Notes: generated from the letters alone by a model not told the origin. DNA of 32,000 nucleotides from Desulfotalea psychrophila LSv54 (GCF_000025945.1 NC_006138.1:2040001-2072000), one strand, 5' to 3'. Positions 9,894-18,879 are shown, numbered from the stretch's first letter. Numbers and translations are program-made.

Positions 9894-10162
9894 ATACCCA
9901 GGGATGGGTTTGTATGACGCGGTGCCAGGGATGGCAAGGAGCGGCAATGCCCTGTCCTTTAGCAAACACCCATGTTAGTCCAGAAAGCTGTGAAAGAATA
10001 ACAGCTGTCAGAAACGGCTGAACAGCAAAAGCATTTACCACAGAGACCACAAAGAACAGAGAGCCTTAAGACAAGTTATACCTTTACTACCGTTTCTGTT
10101 TATACTCTTTAAGCCCCTACTCTCCTGCACTGGCAAAAAAAACTCCTCCCGCCTGCTTCTCT

Positions 10163-10191
10163 TTCACAATTTTTTCTCTTATGTGTATAAT
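10163..10191 (+). promoter_or_regulatory. Sigma70-like promoter for the SIMPL gene
   Basis: TTCACA, 17-nt spacer, TATAAT. The -10 ends 80 nt upstream of the ATG at 10271. Confidence 0.4.
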
Positions 10192-10270
10192 AGGGAGGTC
10201 AAAGCTCTCCGAGGTTCATTTTGGCAGAGACCTAGTATTACCTTTAGTCTAAATATAAAAGAGGGAAAAA

Positions 10271-10960
10271 ATGCGAATACTTATGGCTGTCTGTATGGTT
10301 TTTCTTATGAGTCTCCACGCTCAGGCAGGTCCTCTCCCTGCGGCCCCGCATATCGTGGTTGCTGGTGGCTCCGAGGTGAAGGCAGTTCCTGATACTCTCT
10401 CTATGTCTCTGCAGATAATAGAGGTTGGCAGGGATGCTGAGCAGGCTCGAGCAGAGGTTGAAAAACGGGCACGGAAATTGATCGAGACCGCTAAGGGGCT
10501 GGGGATAAAGGCTGGGGATATTAACTCTGCTGCTCTCTCGGTTACCCCCAAATATAATTGGAAAAATAATCAGCAAATCTATACAGGTACCGAGGTTTCA
10601 CGGAGTGTAGCTCTGACCCTGCGTGATCTCTCTAAGTACGATGCCCTTATTCAGGCTGTGCTTAAGAGCAATGTTGTTCGTATCAACAGTACTCAACTCA
10701 GCTCTTCCAAGGATAAAGAGATTCAGGCAGAGGCCCTGCAAAAGGCGGTGGCCGATGCTAAGATTCAAGCTCAACTCTTGGTAGCGGGGCTTCCACAACA
10801 GGTAGGCGATGTTTATGCGATAAATGCCACATCTCGTCCCATGCAGGCAGCTCCTGCCATGTATCGTATGGCGGCGCAGGTAAATGACAGTGCCTTTGAA
10901 CCCGGCACCCTCTCTTATTCTAAATCTGTTCAGGTAGTATTTTATTTAATCAGTAGGTAA
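10271..10960 (+). CDS. SIMPL/DUF541-family periplasmic protein (YggE-like)
   Basis: Signal peptide MRILMAVCMVFLMSLHAQA, then VVAGGSEVKAVPDTLSMSLQI..DAEQARAEVEKRARKLIETAKGLGI.. and a C-terminal FEPGTLSYSKSVQVVF, typical of SIMPL proteins. Confidence 0.78.
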   Translation: MRILMAVCMVFLMSLHAQAGPLPAAPHIVVAGGSEVKAVPDTLSMSLQIIEVGRDAEQARAEVEKRARKLIETAKGLGIKAGDINSAALSVTPKYNWKNNQQIYTGTEVSRSVALTLRDLSKYDALIQAVLKSNVVRINSTQLSSSKDKEIQAEALQKAVADAKIQAQLLVAGLPQQVGDVYAINATSRPMQAAPAMYRMAAQVNDSAFEPGTLSYSKSVQVVFYLISR

Positions 10961-10969
10961 GGATGCCCT

Positions 10970-10997
10970 GGGCAGGAGGACACCAGCCCTCCTGCCC
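10970..10997 (+). terminator. Perfect 10-bp GC-rich hairpin between the SIMPL and transglycosylase genes (weak terminator or attenuator)
   Basis: GGGCAGGAGG-acaccagc-CCTCCTGCCC, with no clear T-tract after it. Confidence 0.4.
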
Positions 10998-11022
10998 TTC
11001 ACCTCTAGCCATATAGGTAACT

Positions 11023-12243
11023 ATGCCTCGTTTTTCAGCCTGCCTTCTTGCCCTCTTTATTCTGCTCTGCTCTCCGCTTCTCTCCACCTGGAGCCATGCC
11101 GATCAGGGCTTTGCCAGCTGGGTAGAGAACTTCTATCAACAGGAAGCACGGCCTGTAGGGATCAGCCGCCAGACCTTTGACAGTGTCTTCTCCCGGGTCA
11201 CGGCCCCGGAGCCAGTGGTCCTCAAAAAGGCGAAATATCAGCCAGAGTTTACCACGGAGATATGGGATTATCTGGATATGCGACTGACTCCCCTTGCCGT
11301 TAGCCGTGGCCAGAAGATGGCTAGGAAGTATAGTCATACTCTGCAGAAGATAGAGACGCAATTTGGCGTGAGCCGTTTTGTGGTGCTTGCCATCTGGTCC
11401 ATGGAATCTAATTACGGTGCTGTCCTCAGTAATAAGAGCCGACTTCACTATGTGCCGACAGCCCTTGCCACCCTTGCCTACCAGGACAAGAGACGGGCCC
11501 GCTTTGCTCGCAAACAGCTTATTGCCGTTTTGCAAATGGTGCAGGCAGGAGAGGTGCAACCTCAACAGCTGGTTGGCAGTTGGGCCGGAGCGATGGGTCA
11601 TACTCAGTTCATCCCCAGCAGTTACAGGGCCTATGCGGTCAGCCTGGATAAGAGGGGAGGCAGTGATATCTGGAATTCGGTTCCCGATGCCTTGGCCTCT
11701 GCCGCTAATCTACTCCATAAAAATGGCTGGCAGACAGGGCGAACCTGGGGCTATGAGGTCATGAGCCCTGGGAATGGCGAGTTGTACAGGGATAAGAGCA
11801 TGGCACTCGGTGAGTGGAGTCAAAAGGGTTTTAGGCGATCGGCCCATAGGCAGTTTCCCCATCTAGAGGAGAGAGCTTTTCTAAAGCTTCCTGGCGGAGG
11901 AAATAATCCGGGGTTTTTAGTAATTAAAAACTTTTCGGTTCTAAAAAGATATAATAACTCTGATTACTATGCCTTGGCCGTTGGTCTCCTGGCCGATCGC
12001 ATTGCCGGTTTCAGGGGTATGCAACAGAAATGGATTCTTCCCCTCGGTGCCCTTAGTCTGGAGGAGAGATATGAGAGCCAACGCCTGCTTCGCTCGCATG
12101 GGTACTATGCCGGAACTATCGATGGTAATCTTGGTCGTGGCAGTCGGGATGCCATTCGTCGCTTCCAGCAGGTTCGGGGGCTGAAGGATACCGGTATTGC
12201 CAATAAAGACATTTTGACCCTGTTACGCAAGGCCAGAAAATAG
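11023..12243 (+). CDS. Lytic murein transglycosylase (MltB/SLT_2 type) with a C-terminal peptidoglycan-binding domain
   Basis: Signal peptide; WSMESNYG (catalytic Glu context) and GAMGHTQFIPSSY; C-terminal LLRSHGYYAGTIDGNLGRGSRDAIRRFQ, which is PG_binding_1-like. Confidence 0.85.
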   Translation: MPRFSACLLALFILLCSPLLSTWSHADQGFASWVENFYQQEARPVGISRQTFDSVFSRVTAPEPVVLKKAKYQPEFTTEIWDYLDMRLTPLAVSRGQKMARKYSHTLQKIETQFGVSRFVVLAIWSMESNYGAVLSNKSRLHYVPTALATLAYQDKRRARFARKQLIAVLQMVQAGEVQPQQLVGSWAGAMGHTQFIPSSYRAYAVSLDKRGGSDIWNSVPDALASAANLLHKNGWQTGRTWGYEVMSPGNGELYRDKSMALGEWSQKGFRRSAHRQFPHLEERAFLKLPGGGNNPGFLVIKNFSVLKRYNNSDYYALAVGLLADRIAGFRGMQQKWILPLGALSLEERYESQRLLRSHGYYAGTIDGNLGRGSRDAIRRFQQVRGLKDTGIANKDILTLLRKARK

Positions 12244-12266
12244 TTGGAGCATCGTCCTCGTCTATT

Positions 12267-12298
12267 GGAAAATCCCTCTTTTCTCGGGGGATTTTTCC
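12267..12298 (+). terminator. Candidate intrinsic terminator after the transglycosylase gene
   Basis: GGAAAATCCC-tcttttctcg-GGGGATTTTTCC imperfect hairpin whose T-run lies in the descending arm. Confidence 0.45.
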
Positions 12299-12425
12299 CC
12301 ATCGCATTATTCTCGGTTGAACTCATCCTGATTTACAAATATGGCGGATAGAAGTATATTGGGCGACATTTATGATAATTACCCATACCTTCAATAGCTA
12401 AAAATAATAAAAGACATCATTGCCC

Positions 12426-13715
12426 ATGAGGATATTACTCGTTAATCCGCCTAATAGTGGTCGTTCTATCCCCGAAGAACGCTATGGCATCACCTCCCTC
12501 AAGCAGATATTTCGTGGTGAACCGCTGGGCCTTGAGGTACTGGCGGCCAGTTTGAGTAAGCATGAGGTACGCATTTTGGATCTGAAGGTTGTCCCCCAAC
12601 TGTTGGAGGAGACCCTTGAGCTATTTGCTCCGGATATAGTTGCCTTTACCGCCATGACCTGTGAGGCTCAGGCGGTTTTGCAATTGGCCTCTCAGGTAAG
12701 GGCCTGTGACGAGCGTATTCTGATCACCGTTGGTGGTGTTCATGCCTCATCTGATCCGGAATTTTTCAACAGGGAGATGATCGACTGGATTATTATTGGC
12801 CTCGGTGTTCAGTCCTTTCCCCTCTTGGCTGAGGCCTTGGAGAGAGGTCTCTTGGTAGAGATTGATGGAGTCGCCCGCAGCCAAGCGGGTAAAAAACTTG
12901 TCTACAGGCCTCGCTCTTTTAGTCAAGATGATCTCTTGACAATATCACCCCGATATGACCTTGTTCATGAGTATCGTCCCAGCTATATCCTGGAGACTCT
13001 GGGGCTTCAGCTTGGCTTTGTTTCCACTGCTGCCGGATGTCCCTTTGACTGCTCTTTTTGTTGTATTGGGCCCCTGACCGGTGGCAGGTATTTCACTGCC
13101 AAAATTGAAAATGTTATCCGTGATATTCAGAGAGTGCCCACCCCGGTTATTCGCCTGGTGGATGCCAATACCTTTGGCAAACCCAAGCATGCGGAAGAGC
13201 TGGCCCGGGCAATTGGCCACTATGGTATTAAAAAGCAGTTTATTGCCGATGTTCGCTCCGATACCGTTGTTCTTCACCCACAGTTGATGAGGCAGTGGCG
13301 GGAAATCGGCCTGCGAGCGGTGATTATCGGCTTTGAAGAGATTGACGATTCCGCCCTGGGGGCTATGAACAAGAAGAACAGCGCCGCAACCAATAAACAT
13401 GCCATTGAGATACTGCATGATCTGGGTATTACCATTGTCGGCGACTTTATCATTTCACCGGATTATCGGGAGGAGCAGTTTGAGCGTCTCGATGCCTTTG
13501 TTCAGGCCCAGGCCATAGAGCTGCCCATGTATACGGTGCTTACTCCGCTGCCGGGGACTGCTCTTCATAGAGAGGTCCGGGATCAGATAATCCTGGATGA
13601 TCTTGACTATTACACCCTGACGAATGCTGTTCTCCCCACCTATCTTGATGAGCAGCTCTTCTATCAACGTTATGCAGATCTCTTGGCCAAGGGACACCGC
13701 TCTGCAAAGGTTTAA
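12426..13715 (+). CDS. B12-binding-domain radical SAM protein
   Basis: MRILLVNPP.. B12-binding-like N-terminal domain and a CxxxCxxC motif (AAGCPFDCSFCC). The ORF track starts at TTG 12420; ATG 12426 is more likely. Confidence 0.78.
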   Translation: MRILLVNPPNSGRSIPEERYGITSLKQIFRGEPLGLEVLAASLSKHEVRILDLKVVPQLLEETLELFAPDIVAFTAMTCEAQAVLQLASQVRACDERILITVGGVHASSDPEFFNREMIDWIIIGLGVQSFPLLAEALERGLLVEIDGVARSQAGKKLVYRPRSFSQDDLLTISPRYDLVHEYRPSYILETLGLQLGFVSTAAGCPFDCSFCCIGPLTGGRYFTAKIENVIRDIQRVPTPVIRLVDANTFGKPKHAEELARAIGHYGIKKQFIADVRSDTVVLHPQLMRQWREIGLRAVIIGFEEIDDSALGAMNKKNSAATNKHAIEILHDLGITIVGDFIISPDYREEQFERLDAFVQAQAIELPMYTVLTPLPGTALHREVRDQIILDDLDYYTLTNAVLPTYLDEQLFYQRYADLLAKGHRSAKV

Positions 13716-13718
13716 ATA

Positions 13719-14867
13719 ATGTCTGTTTATATTACTGATATCGCATCTTTTCTGCCAAATGCCCCGGTGGATAACGAGCAAATGGAAGAGATCCTGGGTA
13801 TGGTTAATCAGTTGCCCTCCAGAACAAGGCGCATCATCCTCCGTAATAACCGGATCAAGACCCGCTATTATGCTATTGATCCTGTGACGGGTGAAACGAC
13901 TCATAGCAATACCCAGTTGACGGCCGAGGCGGTGAGGAGGTTGCGTCCAGCGGCCAACTTTCAACTCGATGAGATTGAATGTCTCTGCTGCGGTACTTCA
14001 TCACCCGATCAGCTCATGCCCGGTCATGCCCCCATGGTCCATGGCGAACTGGGCAATGCGGCCTGCGAGGTAATGACTGCCGCCGGTATTTGCACCTCCG
14101 GGATGACGGCCATGCGCTATGCCTGGCTTAATGTTCTGGCGGGACAGAGTAGTAATGCGGTGGCCACCGGCTCTGAGCTGGCCTCGACCTTTATGCGTTC
14201 GCGTCTTTGTAACTCGGTGGTTAGTGAGGAGAAGATTGAGCAGATGGAAAAACAGCCCGTGCTCTCCTTTGAGGCAGATTTTCTGCGCTGGATGCTCTCC
14301 GATGGGGCTGGAGCCGCCTATCTGACCAATGCGCCCAGGGCGGAGGGACTCTCTCTGAAGATTGAGTGGATTGATCTGCTCTCCTTTGCCCATGAGCTCC
14401 CGACCTGTATGTATGCCGGAGCCAGTAAGGGGAAGAGTGGTGCGCTGGTCGGTTGGCGAGAGCACGCTCCCGTCGATGCCTTGAGTCAGGGGGCCATGCT
14501 TATTAAGCAGGATGTGAAGCTGCTCAACGAGGAGATCATTACCACCGCCGTTGAACGGACCCTCCCGAGGTTAATAGAGAAGTATGATCTGCAGGCCGAG
14601 GAAATTGACTGGTTTCTTCCCCACTACTCTTCGGATTATTTTCGCTTGGCCTTTTATGAGCGAATGGAAAAAATTGGCTTTGCCATCCCTTTGGATCGTT
14701 GGTTTACCAATCTCACCAGCAAGGGTAACACCGGATCGGCCTCTATCTATATCATTCTCGCCGAGCTCTTTCATTCGGGCAGGATCAAGCGGGGCGAAAA
14801 GATCCTCTGTTTTATCCCTGAGAGTGGTCGCTTTTCCATGTGTTATATGCTTCTCACGGCTTGTTAG
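13719..14867 (+). CDS. KAS III (FabH)-like thiolase-fold condensing enzyme
   Basis: Cys in AAGICTSGMTAM, His in FLPHYSS and Asn in KGNTGSASIYI form a FabH-like C-H-N triad arrangement. Starts 3 nt after the radical SAM stop. Confidence 0.78.
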   Translation: MSVYITDIASFLPNAPVDNEQMEEILGMVNQLPSRTRRIILRNNRIKTRYYAIDPVTGETTHSNTQLTAEAVRRLRPAANFQLDEIECLCCGTSSPDQLMPGHAPMVHGELGNAACEVMTAAGICTSGMTAMRYAWLNVLAGQSSNAVATGSELASTFMRSRLCNSVVSEEKIEQMEKQPVLSFEADFLRWMLSDGAGAAYLTNAPRAEGLSLKIEWIDLLSFAHELPTCMYAGASKGKSGALVGWREHAPVDALSQGAMLIKQDVKLLNEEIITTAVERTLPRLIEKYDLQAEEIDWFLPHYSSDYFRLAFYERMEKIGFAIPLDRWFTNLTSKGNTGSASIYIILAELFHSGRIKRGEKILCFIPESGRFSMCYMLLTAC

Positions 14868-15063
14868 TAGTTGGTAATGGTGGTGAGACTGTTTTCTTTT
14901 CCAGCGCATAAAAAAATTGCCTTACTGTAAAGAACATTTCAAGGGGTGTTCCTTGCATTTTTCTCCTCTCTTCTTTAGAACTTCTCCTTGTTTGCCATTG
15001 ATCTATCCACTTGCGAGGAAGATTTAGATCAAAGTTAATATTGACAAGTTTAAATATTTTTTA

Positions 15064-15094
15064 TTGACATTCCCCTACAGGGTAAAGGTATCTT
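15064..15094 (+). promoter_or_regulatory. MerR-type promoter P1 (TTGACA, 19-bp spacer with CCCT-ac-AGGG dyad, TATCTT) upstream of the DMT permease operon
   Basis: The 19-mer TATTGACATTCCCCTACAG (15062-15080) is identical to 18144-18162. An over-long 19-bp spacer is the hallmark of MerR-activated promoters. Confidence 0.55.
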
Positions 15095-15181
15095 CAGGAA
15101 TCAGTAAATTGTTTTTATACGCAAAAACAAACACTTCTATGATATTCCAGTATTTACCTATTAAAAGTTGAGGAGAGAAAA

Positions 15182-16270
15182 ATGGGGCAAACATCTGCTG
15201 CACCAAGTCTTGTTGCTGTTGCAGCGAAAAAACAGCTTGATTCCAGTTTTAGACGAAGAGGGATTACCATAGCATTGGCTTCAGGCCTATTTTATGGATT
15301 TTACACTGCTTTTATGACACTTGGTATGTCTAAAGGTATTTGGCTTGAGTGGTATGGTTCGCAGTCAAATTTATCAGCCTTTGCCGTTATGTATCTCCTC
15401 AGTGCCCTGGGCGCCGCCACCACGGATACCTGCAGTGCTCTCTGGGCTGTCTCTTTTGCAGTACTCAGAGGACGTTTTGGTGATTTTACCCGCTGCATAA
15501 GGACAAAACCGGGTATGGTAATGGTTGCGGCTGCTATCATAGGTGGGCCACTGGCCAGTACAGCCTATGTTATAGGACTTCAGCTAGCAGGATCCATTGT
15601 CGTGCCCATAGCTGCCCTCTGCCCTGCCTTTGGCGCAATAATTGGTCACTTTCTTTTTAAGCAAAAATTAACAGCGCGTATTATGCTGGGAATAGCAATT
15701 TGCTTTGCCGCCAGTTTCCTTATTGGTAGTACAGGGCTTGGTGCTAATGTTCCGGATAATCTCTTTCTTGGTCTCTTCTTCGGTTTGGCTGCCGCAGTTT
15801 TCTGGGGTATAGAGGGATGTATCTGTGGCTATGGAACCTCAATGATTGATCCTGAAATAGGAATTACCATTCGCCAGGTAACCGCTGGTTTTTCAAATCT
15901 ATTTATTCTCGTGCCCCTCTTTGGCATAATTGCTCAGGTAGATAGCTTTGCCATGGTGACCCAATCTTTTACCGATGGTGGTTCGATTATCTATTTTGCC
16001 ATTGCCGGATTGTGTGCCTACCTGACATTTATGTACTGGTATAAAGGTAATGGCATGTGTGGTGCTGCCCTTGGCATGTCCTGTAACGGAACCTTCTCTT
16101 TCTGGGGTCCTTTTTGTTGCTGGATTGTTTTGGGTATTGTTTTTGGCATTGAGGGCTGGTCCATGCCTCCGATAGCTTGGGCTGCGGCCATTCTTATGGT
16201 TATTGGTATTTTTATTATAGCAATGAACCCCTTAGATCTGTTTAAAAAAAGTAATCAGGAGACAGCATGA
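15182..16270 (+). CDS. 10-TM permease, drug/metabolite transporter (DMT/EamA-GRP-like) superfamily; candidate substrate importer for the cut locus
   Basis: 362 aa, about 10 hydrophobic segments in two halves. GGPLASTAYVIGLQLAGSIVVPIAALCPAFGAIIGHFLFKQKL is an EamA-like repeat. RBS GAGGAGAG. Confidence 0.65.
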   Translation: MGQTSAAPSLVAVAAKKQLDSSFRRRGITIALASGLFYGFYTAFMTLGMSKGIWLEWYGSQSNLSAFAVMYLLSALGAATTDTCSALWAVSFAVLRGRFGDFTRCIRTKPGMVMVAAAIIGGPLASTAYVIGLQLAGSIVVPIAALCPAFGAIIGHFLFKQKLTARIMLGIAICFAASFLIGSTGLGANVPDNLFLGLFFGLAAAVFWGIEGCICGYGTSMIDPEIGITIRQVTAGFSNLFILVPLFGIIAQVDSFAMVTQSFTDGGSIIYFAIAGLCAYLTFMYWYKGNGMCGAALGMSCNGTFSFWGPFCCWIVLGIVFGIEGWSMPPIAWAAAILMVIGIFIIAMNPLDLFKKSNQETA

Positions 16271-16533
16271 TTCCATTAAATTACGCCATCTTGAAATTTT
16301 TTACCAAAAATGATGATGCATCAGCTGATTGTGTTATGAGTGCCTTGCAGGACCAGTACGGTCACTATAAGGCCTTCAAAAAAGGCTCAATCATCAATGC
16401 CATAATGACAGCCGAGGCCAATGGTCTTCTTGAAGAGGCTAGATTAGAGCTTGATCCTAGTCAAGAGCTGAAGGTTTATTACAGGGCCCATGAAGAGGGC
16501 GCTGCAACAATAAACAAGTATATCAAGGGTTAG
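16267..16533 (+). CDS. 88-aa soluble protein of unknown function, possibly a small winged-helix fold
   Basis: ATGA overlap with the permease stop implies translational coupling. ..NAIMTAEANGLLEEARLELDPSQELKVYYRAHEEGAATINKYI resembles the wing region of PadR-like proteins, but weakly. Confidence 0.45.
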   Translation: MIPLNYAILKFFTKNDDASADCVMSALQDQYGHYKAFKKGSIINAIMTAEANGLLEEARLELDPSQELKVYYRAHEEGAATINKYIKG

Positions 16534-16550
16534 TAGAATATTCAGTGTCG

Positions 16551-16577
16551 GTGAGTCTCCTCTTGCAGGAGGCTCAC
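16551..16577 (+). terminator. Hairpin after the permease operon (weak terminator)
   Basis: GTGAGTCTCCT-cttgc-AGGAGGCTCAC, 11 bp including one G-U pair. No strong T-tract. Confidence 0.35.
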
Positions 16578-16996
16578 TGGCTCTGTCTGTAGAACCAGAG
16601 AAAAAAATCAGTACCGTTTCTCTCTGTAGGATACCGCTCAGATTAGAGTGGTTTGTAACACCCTGCATTAGAAAGTTATTCTCCCTAGTAAAACCTATCC
16701 TCTCTATTCTCCCCCCTTATTTGTCCAATTTTGAGCTAACAGCTAGGCTGTTTCAGGGTCTCTTATGAATTTGTTTGAGGTGAGGCGAGGTCTATGCATT
16801 TATTTTTCGTCTCTTGACATACGAGAAAGTATCTGTTCCAACAGGAGTTGGATATGATATTTTATTGTTGTCCTTCTCTCAGCGGTCAGAGTGTTTATTT
16901 GGCGACAATACGAAGAGATGGGTCTCTTGTTCTGTCCTGCTTATTGTGCTAGCCCAGCCTTGAATATTGACCGATCCATAAGAGGGATAAGAGAGT

Positions 16997-17848
16997 ATGA
17001 GTCACAAAAAGAAATATTTCATAGGAGATATGAGTAAGATATGTAATTTGTCAAAAAAGGCTCTTCGATTTTATGACAAAATAGGCATAATTCCATCTCA
17101 TAGGCATGACTGTAATAATTACAGGTACTATACCAGTGAATCACTGTTGGCCGTTCCGGTAATAAAGTACTATAAGCAGATGGGGTTTACTCTGGAAGAG
17201 ATGAAGGAGTTTATCGAAGGCAAAGACCCTAACGTTTTTAAGAGTATAAAAAAATCCTTTTTGAATAAAATTAAATCATTTGAAGAGGAGCAGGAGAAGA
17301 TTGAGCGGAAACATATTGCCGTTAAAGACTGGTATGAACTCATTTTGGAAGCTGAGACGGTTATTGAGAACAGTATATCCGATGTTTCCGTTAAGTACAT
17401 CGATAGCGCAGAGCTATTATGTCAGGAGCAATACTATGAAAAAGATATAAAGGCCTCCATTGTCAATATTGACTTTACAAATTATGTCGAAGAGCTGGAT
17501 AACGAGATAACCGGGCCGGTAATAATCTATTTTTCACCCCTGCAAGATAGAATTGAAAATCGGCCACAGGCAATTAAGATTCTGCAAAAAACAATAAAAA
17601 CCTGTAGTAAGAAGAACAGGGAAACATTCGGTGGCTGCATGATGGCTTCCTGTTACCATATAGGTTCGCATGATACGATCCAACAGACATATCAAAAAAT
17701 ATGTAAATGGGCCGGGCAAAATGGTTATGTTCTGGGCAAAGGCTCCTATGAACGGTATGTTACAGATTACTGGACCACGCGGAACACCTCTAAGTTTATC
17801 ACTGAGATATTAATCAAGGCGACCAGAATGAGAGAGGCTATTCAGTAA
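16997..17848 (+). CDS. MerR-family transcriptional regulator with a C-terminal GyrI-like effector-binding domain (BmrR-like architecture)
   Basis: N-terminal YFIGDMSKICNLSKKALRFYDKIGIIPSHR..NYRYYT is a MerR HTH, followed by a coiled-coil linker. C-terminal ..ASCYHIGSHDTIQQTYQKICKWAGQNGYVLGKGSYERYVTDYW is GyrI-like. Confidence 0.85.
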   Translation: MSHKKKYFIGDMSKICNLSKKALRFYDKIGIIPSHRHDCNNYRYYTSESLLAVPVIKYYKQMGFTLEEMKEFIEGKDPNVFKSIKKSFLNKIKSFEEEQEKIERKHIAVKDWYELILEAETVIENSISDVSVKYIDSAELLCQEQYYEKDIKASIVNIDFTNYVEELDNEITGPVIIYFSPLQDRIENRPQAIKILQKTIKTCSKKNRETFGGCMMASCYHIGSHDTIQQTYQKICKWAGQNGYVLGKGSYERYVTDYWTTRNTSKFITEILIKATRMREAIQ

Positions 17849-17911
17849 GAGGTGCATTGCTCTCGATGAGTAGTTGTTATCTTAGTTTCTTGTCGTCACG
17901 GGCTGGCAAAG

Positions 17912-17938
17912 CTTCCCCTATAGGGGAGGTCGTTTTTT
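17912..17938 (+). terminator. Intrinsic terminator of the MerR gene; its stem is a perfect CCCCTATAGGGG palindrome resembling the P1/P2 operator
   Basis: CTTCCCC-tata-GGGGAGG stem-loop, then tcgTTTTTT. TTCCCCTATAG matches TTCCCCTACAG in P1 and P2 at 10 of 11 positions. Confidence 0.6.
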
Positions 17939-18145
17939 CCGGAGCAGGTATTTTTGCTCTAAGAGAGCGGTAGCTACCCTGGCAGAACTCCCTCTTTTTT
18001 TCCAACTCTCTACAGCGAATAGATACTCTCTTCCTCCTGTCATGTGAGCATTTTCCCCGGAAAATCAGCTTGAAGCCTGTCTCTTGCGCTAAGGCACAAA
18101 AATGAATAGAGGCCTCTGCCGGCAAAATAATTTTCAAAAACAGTA

Positions 18146-18177
18146 TTGACATTCCCCTACAGTGGAGACCTTATAGT
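18146..18177 (+). promoter_or_regulatory. MerR-type promoter P2 upstream of the BMC/cut operon
   Basis: TTGACA, then a 19-nt spacer ttcccctacagtggagacc, then TTATAG (or a 20-nt spacer and TATAGT). Shares the 19-mer with P1. Confidence 0.55.
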
Positions 18178-18267
18178 GGTTAAGTGTAAAAAAAGATGAT
18201 TATAAGGTTCACCTCTTTTGATCAATTGCAACCACTTTCAAACAAGTAACAGCTTGATGGAGATTAT

Positions 18268-18879
18268 ATGGGGTATCACGTTGACGGGGCTTTAGGCTTA
18301 ATTGAAACTCTTGGAATGGTTCCTGCCATTAGTGGCGCGGACGCTATGCTGAAAACAGCTGATGTCACCTTGGTTTCCTATGAAAATATTGGCTCTACTC
18401 TGGTGGCTGTGATGGTCAAGGGAGATACTGCGGCAGTTCAGGCTTCGGTGGATGCGGGGGCCAAGGCTGCGGCCAAAGTAGGCCAGGTTACAGCGCAAAA
18501 TGTTATGCCCCGCCCTGTTCGGGAGGTGGATGCTATTGCTGCCGTTCACGGTATAGACAGATCTGAGGCGGTCAGCGGGTCGCGACCAAAATCCATGGGC
18601 TTTGTTGAGACCTTTGGCATTGTTTTTGCCCTGGAAGCAATCGATGCCATGGTTAAGGCTGCCAATGTAGAGGTTATCGGCTATGAGAACGTCGCCTCGG
18701 GATATATATCCGTATTAGTTGAGGGTGATGTCGCTGCCTGCCAGGCCGGCGTTGCTGCAGGCGTTCAGGCTGTTGAACGGATGGGTGGAGAGGTACATAG
18801 CTCTCTTGTTATCCCCACCCCTCACCCTGATATAGAGCTGATAACCAGGACCTATGCCTTGGATAAACTTTTACCCTAG
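18268..18879 (+). CDS. BMC shell protein, fusion of two canonical PduA/J-like BMC domains (tandem)
   Basis: Two repeats of the BMC-H signature: ALGLIETLGMVPAISGADAMLKTADVTLVSYENIG..VAVMVKGDTAAVQASV and MGFVETFGIVFALEAIDAMVKAANVEVIGYENV..ISVLVEGDVAACQAGV. Confidence 0.85.
   Translation: MGYHVDGALGLIETLGMVPAISGADAMLKTADVTLVSYENIGSTLVAVMVKGDTAAVQASVDAGAKAAAKVGQVTAQNVMPRPVREVDAIAAVHGIDRSEAVSGSRPKSMGFVETFGIVFALEAIDAMVKAANVEVIGYENVASGYISVLVEGDVAACQAGVAAGVQAVERMGGEVHSSLVIPTPHPDIELITRTYALDKLLP

Noticed and set aside
10183-10392. 69-aa ORF overlapping the SIMPL gene start.
   Set aside because: It starts inside the predicted -10 and 5' UTR and overlaps the well-supported SIMPL ORF in another frame.
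12287-12299. 13-nt match GGGGATTTTTCCC with the reverse complement of 28446-28458.
   Set aside because: Matches of this length are expected by chance several times in a 32-kb window searched on both strands.
17877-18152. 91-aa minus-strand ORF between the MerR gene and the BMC operon.
   Set aside because: It spans the MerR terminator hairpin and runs into promoter P2. It has no RBS and an arbitrary-looking Arg/Cys-rich sequence, so the region is better explained as regulatory DNA.
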